From contig CAVOYH010000002.1 of NCBI GenBank assembly GCA_963700635.1, forward strand, positions 64,001-128,000: 64,000 nt of DNA. The letters are read 5' to 3'. The translations under genes were made by a program, and so were the position numbers. This DNA is from an uncultured Bacteroidota bacterium. Lineage in GTDB: Bacteria > Bacteroidota > Ignavibacteria > UBA10030 > UBA6906. Below the pieces are notes generated by a model. The model did no database searches. It worked only from the letters and a program-made list of their open reading frames with translations, and had not been told where the DNA came from. This document shows, piece by piece, positions 57,611-64,000 of the stretch. Within the stretch, counting starts at the first letter, position 1. Every line of letters starts with the position of its first letter.

Positions 57611-58843
57611 CTACACGTGTCCCAGCGCATCCACAGGTTCCATCTTTGATGCTTTATATGCTGGTTGGAATCCGGCGAAGAGTGACACGAACATGACGAT
57701 AAGTGCGACCCACAAGATTTCAACCGCCGGGATGCTTGGCGAGAGCGACACGTCCATTTGACCGAAGGTAAATTCAATCTTTGTTGTGTTCATGACCCAC
57801 AAGATGCCAAGTCCGATGACAATACCTGCAACCGTGCTCAGCAATCCCATCGCAAACCCTTCGATCAGGAAGAGGGAGAGAATCCGGCGTGGTGGTGTTC
57901 CGATTGCTGCGATAGTGCCAATTTCGCTGATCCGCTCATACACCGACATCGTCATGATGTTGAGGATACTCACGAGTACGATGGTAATCAAGATGAACTT
58001 GACGACGAAGATCAGGATGTCAACGATATGTGCGATGCTCGCGAACGGTGAAAGTTGTTCCCACGTATGTACTTCGAATGGCACTTGCGACGCAGTGGAT
58101 GCGTTCTTCAGCTGTGCGAATACCGTGCTGAGTTGATCGAATCGTTGTAAGTGAATCGCGATTTCCACTATTTCCGACTGATCCATTCTTAAAAGTTCTT
58201 GTGCATCCCGGATATGGATATAGCCGTCCTTGCCGGACGGACCGAAGACATTCTCCGTGACCGCGGCAATGCGTACCGTAACGGCATTGACCGAGCCTTC
58301 TTTATTCGTCGCGACCAGAACAATCTCATCTCCTATCTTCAGCGAAAGGCCATGCATGAGGTTCTCGGGAACCAATATTTCTCCTGGCGTGAGAAATGTG
58401 TCAGGATCGGGCACGTGCCCTTTAATCCGTTTCACAAATTCCGGCACCGTGCGATTCTCCATTTCCGGGTATACGGCGCTCAACCGGATGTTCGATGTTT
58501 GCGCATAGTTACTGATCATCGCTCCAAACTTGATCCGCGGACTGTACGCTGCGACTTCAGGGATGCCTTTCAGCTGCGTTTCGACCTTCTCGAGCTCCGC
58601 TCCAGAAAGTGTGAGGTTCAGTGGTAAGTTATCGATAGACGCGACATATCCCTTCTTGTGGATTTGCAGATCGCCCATCGCTGTGTTCGTTAGTACGCCC
58701 ACCATTTGTGATTTAAAGGAAATGGCAAGCCCTCCAAACACGACCACGAGGATTACGCCAAACGCAATGAGTGATGAAGTAAGAAGCGTCCGTCGTTTGT
58801 TTCGAAACAAATTGCGGAGTGCAATCATGATGAGATTTCTCAT
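57611..58843 (-). CDS. ABC transporter permease (LolC/E, MacB/FtsX family)
   Basis: 'ALRNLFRNKRRT', 'SVYERISEIGT..AIG', 'PAYKASKMEPVDAL'. Confidence 0.92.
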   Translation of the reverse strand: MRNLIMIALRNLFRNKRRTLLTSSLIAFGVILVVVFGGLAISFKSQMVGVLTNTAMGDLQIHKKGYVASIDNLPLNLTLSGAELEKVETQLKGIPEVAAYSPRIKFGAMISNYAQTSNIRLSAVYPEMENRTVPEFVKRIKGHVPDPDTFLTPGEILVPENLMHGLSLKIGDEIVLVATNKEGSVNAVTVRIAAVTENVFGPSGKDGYIHIRDAQELLRMDQSEIVEIAIHLQRFDQLSTVFAQLKNASTASQVPFEVHTWEQLSPFASIAHIVDILIFVVKFILITIVLVSILNIMTMSVYERISEIGTIAAIGTPPRRILSLFLIEGFAMGLLSTVAGIVIGLGILWVMNTTKIEFTFGQMDVSLSPSIPAVEILWVALIVMFVSLFAGFQPAYKASKMEPVDALGHV

Positions 58844-58846
58844 TGA

Positions 58847-59542
58847 TCATCTTGCCTTTCTGTGTTCCGTGCTGACGATGATGCCGTCTTCCAGTGTATG
58901 TATGACTTCTGCCTCTCCAACAATTTTAGGGTCATGCGTCGAAAAGATGAACGTTGTCCCAAATTCGCTCGTCATCTCGTGCATAATGTTGATGACGGTG
59001 AACGCGGTGGCACGGTCGAGATTGGCAGTTGGCTCGTCTGCAAGAACAATCTGCGGATTCGTCACTAAGGCGCGGGCAACAGCCACGCGCTGTTTCTGTC
59101 CGCCAGAAATTTGGTTCGGATATTTGTCCTTTTGGTCGGTCATTCCGACCTTAGCCAGCAATCGTAGCACGCGGTCACGGCGTTGCTGTGAGGGAAGCCG
59201 GTCGAGCATAAGGAGGGGGTATTCAACGTTTTCAGACACGGTCAGGACGGGAATGAGATTGAAATTCTGGAACACGAAGCCGATAGTCTTTCCACGAAAC
59301 GCTGCTGCGGCGGCTCTGTCGAACGTGTTCACATCCGTCCCGTTGACGAGGATCCTGCCTTCCGTCGGTTTGTCCAGAACTCCGATGAGGTTCAGCAGCG
59401 TTGACTTACCGCTGCCTGAAGGACCGATGAACGACACAAAAGACTGTTTGTTGATCTTCAGCGAAATTCCCCCCAGCGCCTTCACCGAAACTTCACCGGT
59501 CTGATACACCTTCGAAACGTTCTCTAATTCGATTAAATTCAT
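58847..59542 (-). CDS. ABC transporter ATP-binding protein (LolD-like)
   Basis: Walker A GPSGSGKS, 'ISGGQKQR', 'LADEPT', 'STHD'. Confidence 0.95.
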   Translation of the reverse strand: MNLIELENVSKVYQTGEVSVKALGGISLKINKQSFVSFIGPSGSGKSTLLNLIGVLDKPTEGRILVNGTDVNTFDRAAAAAFRGKTIGFVFQNFNLIPVLTVSENVEYPLLMLDRLPSQQRRDRVLRLLAKVGMTDQKDKYPNQISGGQKQRVAVARALVTNPQIVLADEPTANLDRATAFTVINIMHEMTSEFGTTFIFSTHDPKIVGEAEVIHTLEDGIIVSTEHRKAR

Positions 59543-59635
59543 CCTCTCCTCGTTTTCAGTGGATTGGTCAACACCCTGTTAGATGCAGCGAAACGTAAAA
59601 GGAGTTTCAGCATTTGCCAAGATAACCGACGAATC

Positions 59636-61915
59636 TCAAAATTGCGCAGACAGTCCGAGAATCGGCAGTATTCCAAAATCGTATCTCGGCGTTTCCGTGA
59701 TAATACCATTGGAATCTACTTTGTAAGAATAGTCGAGGACGTTTTCCCGGTTATACACGTTCCAAAGATCAAGGTATGCGGTTAACGTCCAAGAACCAAA
59801 CACAAACTTCTTGTCGAGTCGGACATCAAGTTTGTGGTAAGCGGGAAAGCGTGCTGAGTTGTAATCATCGTCAACCACATAGTACGTGTTGTTCTTCTGC
59901 GTCGCACCCACAACCGGGGTATAAGGATTGCCGGATGCGTATTGAAATTTTACTCCAAGCTGCCAATTATCACCGAGTTCCATGCCCGCAATGAAATTCA
60001 CAATGTGTGGTCTGTCGAATTCGAAAAAATATTCAGCGCTTCCGTCCGCATCACATCGCTTCGATTCGGAATATGTGTACGAAGCCGTTCCGACGAATCC
60101 GTCGGTAAACTTTTTCTGGAGCGAAAATTCAATACCTCGCGCAAAACCGGTTCCGGCATTGTAGAGAATATCGTTTGTGTCGCTTCCCACGATAACGTTC
60201 GATAAATCTTTGTAGTACACTTCGAACGTACCGCGGAGATCATTGCGTAAAAGCTGGTCTACGCCAAAGATATAATGCGTCGCGCTGCTGCTGCGAAGCT
60301 GTCGGTTGATCGGGTCGAGGGCAATGTGGTACGACGCTGGCGTTTGATAAAATTGTCCATACGCTATATTGAATGCTGTTTGATCTGTCAATTGATACGA
60401 CGCCGACAAACGCGGGCTAAGGGTCGCTTCTTTTGTAAATGAAAAATAGTCATAACGTGCGCCGGCGGTTAAGGAGAGCTGAATCCATGGTTTCCATGTG
60501 CTTTGCAGAAATGCTGACGGTTTGTTGCTGACTTCGGGAAGATACGAAATGGACGATGCCGGAATAATTTGCCCGACACGCGTCGTGTCGGCGGGCTTCC
60601 AAGATAGCTGCTTCGATTCTATGTAGCGAATCTGCGCGCCCGCTTTGACGTCAACATACGGATTGATGTGATACGTGATTTCATTTTTCAATGTATAGCT
60701 CTTTTCAAGTATGTCCTCTCCGATTAAGTCTCGTGCTGTTTCAGTCCCGCGAAGTGTGTTCCAGCCATTACCGGAGTACGACAGCGTAGTTAAGCTGTAC
60801 GCTTCGGGCGATATGAGGTAGCGCCAATTCACGCCGAACGCTGTCCCGTAGTCGTCACGAGTCAAGTAACTATACTTGCCGGTATCGCTTGAGCTTTTCA
60901 TCCTGTCAGCGCCTTCACGGTCAATCTGATCAAGATAGTAGAATCCGACAATACTTAATCGGTTCTTTGCGTCTATGTCGTACGTGACTTTTCCAACTGC
61001 ATCATAATAGCTTGGGGCAGCGGGACGATTGAGCAGCGACGTGAGCAAGTCCAAAAACCCTCGGCGGGCAGAAAATACGACTGAACCATTGTTGAATATC
61101 GGACCATCTACCATTGCACCCAGTCCGGCTAGGTTAGCGTTGATGTCGATGTTGTGCACTTCCTTGTTTCCATCCACCATCGTCATATCGAACACCGACG
61201 ACATTTTGTCTCCATACATTGCCGGGAAACCTCCCGTTAAAAATGTTACTTCTTTCAGTAATGACGGATTTACGATGCTGATGATACCCATCGATTCGCC
61301 CGTTCGCGCAAAATGGATAGGATTGTAGATCTCGATATTATCGAGTAGCGTAAGATTTTCATCAGGGCTTCCGCCGCGGACGATCAACTGCGCGCTTTTA
61401 CCGCCTGCGGTTGCAACACCGGGCAGCGATTGCATGACGCGAAAAATATCTTCCGCCGAGCCTGGTGATCGTCGAATTTCTTGAGGTGAAAGGGTACGAT
61501 AGCTAACAGTGCTCTCAGCCGGTTTCCGAAAATAGCTACCCGTCACAGTTGCTCCTTCCATTTCAATCTGAGTCGGCGTGAGTTCAATGTGAGCCGTTGT
61601 GTTGCGAGACTGGATAACAGAGATGTCTTCTTGAGCCGTGGGCTGGTAGCCGATGTATGAGATTGTCAATTGGTACGTTCCCAGAGGAACGTTCTTGATA
61701 ACGAAGTAGCCCTTTTCGTCCGTAGCGGCGCCACGTTGAATACCAAGGACGACCACGTTTGCGCCGGGGAGAGGCTGTTTGGTTATTGCATCGCGAACTT
61801 CGCCGGAAATGGTCCCTGTGTTTTCCTGTGCGAAGAGAGGCATGGCGACAAGTGCGACCAACCATACAATGTGAAGTTGGTTGATCAATGTTGAAATGCG
61901 AGACAGCATTGCCAT
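59636..61915 (-). CDS. TonB-dependent receptor with N-terminal CarboxypepD_reg-like domain
   Basis: 'GTISGEVRD…LPGANV', plug 'LPGV…VRGG…ENL', 'NVYNREN', terminal Phe. Confidence 0.9.
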   Translation of the reverse strand: MAMLSRISTLINQLHIVWLVALVAMPLFAQENTGTISGEVRDAITKQPLPGANVVVLGIQRGAATDEKGYFVIKNVPLGTYQLTISYIGYQPTAQEDISVIQSRNTTAHIELTPTQIEMEGATVTGSYFRKPAESTVSYRTLSPQEIRRSPGSAEDIFRVMQSLPGVATAGGKSAQLIVRGGSPDENLTLLDNIEIYNPIHFARTGESMGIISIVNPSLLKEVTFLTGGFPAMYGDKMSSVFDMTMVDGNKEVHNIDINANLAGLGAMVDGPIFNNGSVVFSARRGFLDLLTSLLNRPAAPSYYDAVGKVTYDIDAKNRLSIVGFYYLDQIDREGADRMKSSSDTGKYSYLTRDDYGTAFGVNWRYLISPEAYSLTTLSYSGNGWNTLRGTETARDLIGEDILEKSYTLKNEITYHINPYVDVKAGAQIRYIESKQLSWKPADTTRVGQIIPASSISYLPEVSNKPSAFLQSTWKPWIQLSLTAGARYDYFSFTKEATLSPRLSASYQLTDQTAFNIAYGQFYQTPASYHIALDPINRQLRSSSATHYIFGVDQLLRNDLRGTFEVYYKDLSNVIVGSDTNDILYNAGTGFARGIEFSLQKKFTDGFVGTASYTYSESKRCDADGSAEYFFEFDRPHIVNFIAGMELGDNWQLGVKFQYASGNPYTPVVGATQKNNTYYVVDDDYNSARFPAYHKLDVRLDKKFVFGSWTLTAYLDLWNVYNRENVLDYSYKVDSNGIITETPRYDFGILPILGLSAQF

Positions 61916-62228
61916 TCTTGGACTTCCTATAGACAATGGATTGGGTTCTCTCGTGTAATGTTCGATAGCAGAGAAGGAGTTTTGGACAGACAGTGGCGAC
62001 GCTAAGGCCGTCGCCCCCGTCTGTTGACGGCATTATGCGCAGGGCATCTACTCAACAGATTCCGAGGCCCCGGTCGAAGGCGCTCAGATGGTTCTGCGTT
62101 CCTCTGGGCAGATTGCTGTATACGAAGCTGATGTCGCGATCTTCTACACCGTATTGATGATTTGCGCGAAAAAACACGAAGGGCAGTTCGATCGTCTTCC
62201 AATCCTATGTATATGCTGCCATGCTACA

Positions 62229-62264
62229 ACACAAAGGCCCCCGGAACACCGGGAGTCTTTGTGT
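62229..62264 (-). terminator. Hairpin downstream of the epimerase gene, candidate terminator
   Basis: ACACAAAG…CCCGG-AACA-CCGGG…CTTTGTGT. Confidence 0.5.
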
Positions 62265-62376
62265 GATTGTGGCAGAATTTCTGAACGCAGCAAGTGCAGT
62301 GTGGATCCCGCGTACCGTATCCCTGTCGGCACAGGTCTCGCCATCAAATCTAATGCCGTGAGGCGAAACGTGAGTG

Positions 62377-63396
62377 CTATCTTTGACTCTCTTCTCGATT
62401 TCGTGGCATGGGTTTTAACCATCCCATCTTGTAACACCAGGTGATGGTATCGCGGATACCTTCTTCCAGTCCAATCTCCTGCTCAAATCCGAACTCCTGC
62501 TTGGCCTTTGAAGAGTCGCACGTCCAATAGTCCTGCACCATGTCCCGCGCCTTTTCGTAGTTGATCAACGCGGGTTTTTTGCTGAAGAGGGCGAAGAATT
62601 CAGCAAACGTCGCAACCACGTACACTCCGGCCTCGGGAATACGAATGGTGAGGGCCTTTCGCCCGATGATGTTCCGGGTCACAAGTCCGATCTGCTTCCA
62701 GCCGTAGATCTCCTTGCTTGAGAGAAAGTACGTTTGGCCCTGTGCCCTGGCGCTTTCGCCTGCAAGGATAGTGCCGCGGACGACGTCTCCGACATGCAGG
62801 AGGCTCACGTACTTTTCCCCGAACCCGACCACGGGTTGGAGTCCGTTCCGCATCGTTCGGAAGAACTCGAAGACGTCTTTGTCACGGGGTCCGTACACAG
62901 CCGGAGGGCGAACGATGGTGACCGGCAATCTGTCTGCCACCTTAAGGCATTCGGTTTCGGCTTGCAGTTTGGACCGGCCATAGGTTGTGATGGGGGAGCC
63001 GGAGAGCTCTTCAGTGATGGGGGTGGGGCTCGGGCTGGGGCCGGCGACGGTCTGGCTGCTCACCTGCACGAACCGCCGGAGATTCGGCGCATACCGGAGG
63101 GCAGCGAGGAGAAGATTTTTCGTCCCCACGGCATTTGCGGCAAAGTACTCCTCACGGGTTTTGGCCTTTGTGAGTCCGGCAGAATGGTAGATGTAATCCA
63201 TCCCGCTCACGGCCTGCGCCAGCACCGATTCGTCGGATACATCACCATACACAAATTCGACGTTCAGGTCCTTTAACCATGCCGTACTGCTTGTTTTCCG
63301 GAGCAGGCAGCGCACGGAATACCCCTTTGTGAGGAGTTGTTCCACAATGTGACTGCCTATAAATCCACTACCGCCTGTAACGAGGGCTTTTTTCAT
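62377..63396 (-). CDS. NAD-dependent epimerase/dehydratase (extended SDR); candidate ceramide reductase
   Basis: 'VTGGSGFIG', 'HSAG', 'VSS', 'YGRSK', '[10 protein letters not shown]'. Confidence 0.88.
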   Translation of the reverse strand: MKKALVTGGSGFIGSHIVEQLLTKGYSVRCLLRKTSSTAWLKDLNVEFVYGDVSDESVLAQAVSGMDYIYHSAGLTKAKTREEYFAANAVGTKNLLLAALRYAPNLRRFVQVSSQTVAGPSPSPTPITEELSGSPITTYGRSKLQAETECLKVADRLPVTIVRPPAVYGPRDKDVFEFFRTMRNGLQPVVGFGEKYVSLLHVGDVVRGTILAGESARAQGQTYFLSSKEIYGWKQIGLVTRNIIGRKALTIRIPEAGVYVVATFAEFFALFSKKPALINYEKARDMVQDYWTCDSSKAKQEFGFEQEIGLEEGIRDTITWCYKMGWLKPMPRNREESQR

Positions 63397-63408
63397 GTTG
63401 GGGCTCAA

Positions 63409-63437
63409 TTGACTTTCAGAGGTTGGTAGAGTATATT
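63409..63437 (+). promoter_or_regulatory. Putative sigma70-type promoter of the spt-like gene
   Basis: TTGACT-N17-TATATT. Confidence 0.65.
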
Positions 63438-63491
63438 AAAATACTTTCATCTAATCAAACCCCCTTTTGTGAGCATCCCAAGAGAGCACTG

Positions 63492-64000
63492 ATGACATCT
63501 CCAGAGACCAGAGCTGCGTCTACATTTACTCCCTCCGACGGCGAGGCAAAAAAACCGGTTGATCTCTTTCAGAAATGCAAAGCGTTTACACGTGCCGACG
63601 AGATTAAAGCTGCCGGATTCTATCCGTATTTTCATTCCATCGAAGAAAATGAAGGTCCTGTAGTGACTATCGAGGGGCGCAAGGTCATCATGGCCGGTTC
63701 GAACAACTATCACGGCCTCACTGCAGACCACAGGGTCAAAGAGGCCGCGATCAAGGCCGTGGAAAAATACGGTTCCGGCTGTTCCGGATCACGATATCTG
63801 ACCGGGACGCTGGATTTGCACATTGAACTCGAAAAGCGGATAGCACAATTTTTCGGGCGGGAAGACTGCCTTCTGTACAGCACCGGTTACCAGACCGCGC
63901 AGGGTATTATTCCGACTCTCGTGCAAAAAGGAGAGTACGTTGTTTCCGACAAGGACAACCATGCCTGCATCGTGGCCGCTAACCTCATGGCGAAGGGGGC
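63492..64000 (+). CDS. Serine palmitoyltransferase-like alpha-oxoamine synthase (PLP), 3'-partial; absent from the ORF track
   Basis: Manual translation: MTSPE…DLFQKC…[35 protein letters not shown]…[19 protein letters not shown]…STGYQ…DKDNHACI. Open to the window end. Confidence 0.85.
   Translation, partial: MTSPETRAASTFTPSDGEAKKPVDLFQKCKAFTRADEIKAAGFYPYFHSIEENEGPVVTIEGRKVIMAGSNNYHGLTADHRVKEAAIKAVEKYGSGCSGSRYLTGTLDLHIELEKRIAQFFGREDCLLYSTGYQTAQGIIPTLVQKGEYVVSDKDNHACIVAANLMAKG

Larger units (their letters stand above)
54630..62100. other. AT-richer accessory block (putative horizontally acquired island)
   Basis: Visibly more A/T-ending codons and A/T runs than the flanks. All genes on the minus strand. 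Left edge coincides with the intron truncation. GC% not computed and right boundary approximate. Confidence 0.6.

Noticed and set aside
58530-59504. 324-aa ORF antisense to the ABC ATPase
   Set aside because: Common antisense shadow of conserved ABC ATPase genes.
62047-62056. TCTACTCAAC as the displaced 3' end of the group II intron
   Set aside because: No preceding domain V (GAACCGCCG…ACGG) and no remaining ORF 3' end; better explained as a hairpin arm.

Overview
Chromosomal window from a GC-rich bacterium of the Bacteroidota/Ignavibacteria (FCB) lineage, inferred from T9SS-type 'NYPNPFN' C-termini and a mitochondrial-type aconitase. It is mostly housekeeping and envelope genes: a SPOR-ExbB-ExbD-TonB operon, clpS-alaS-gmhA-WcaJ-like, aconitase-bacilliredoxin-MOSC, peptidases and carbohydrate enzymes, ald-like/CoA-transferase/polX/ferredoxins/nth, a group 3b [NiFe]-hydrogenase operon behind a sigma54-type promoter, a LytS/LytTR pair, tRNA-fMet and an OmpA-family gene. 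A decayed class C group II intron sits just after a terminator and is cut at about 54630. There a visibly AT-richer block of about 7.5 kb begins (TonB-dependent receptor, ABC transporter, LolA-like protein, outer-membrane protein). The window ends with a divergent epimerase / serine palmitoyltransferase-like pair. The most striking observation is a ~130-aa histone-H1-like Lys/Arg tail encoded in the +1 frame at the 3' end of the aconitase, probably an aconitase-histone-like fusion. Two other single-base frameshifts suggest assembly indels. No CRISPR array or rRNA was seen. All product calls come from motif recognition by eye, with no database searches.
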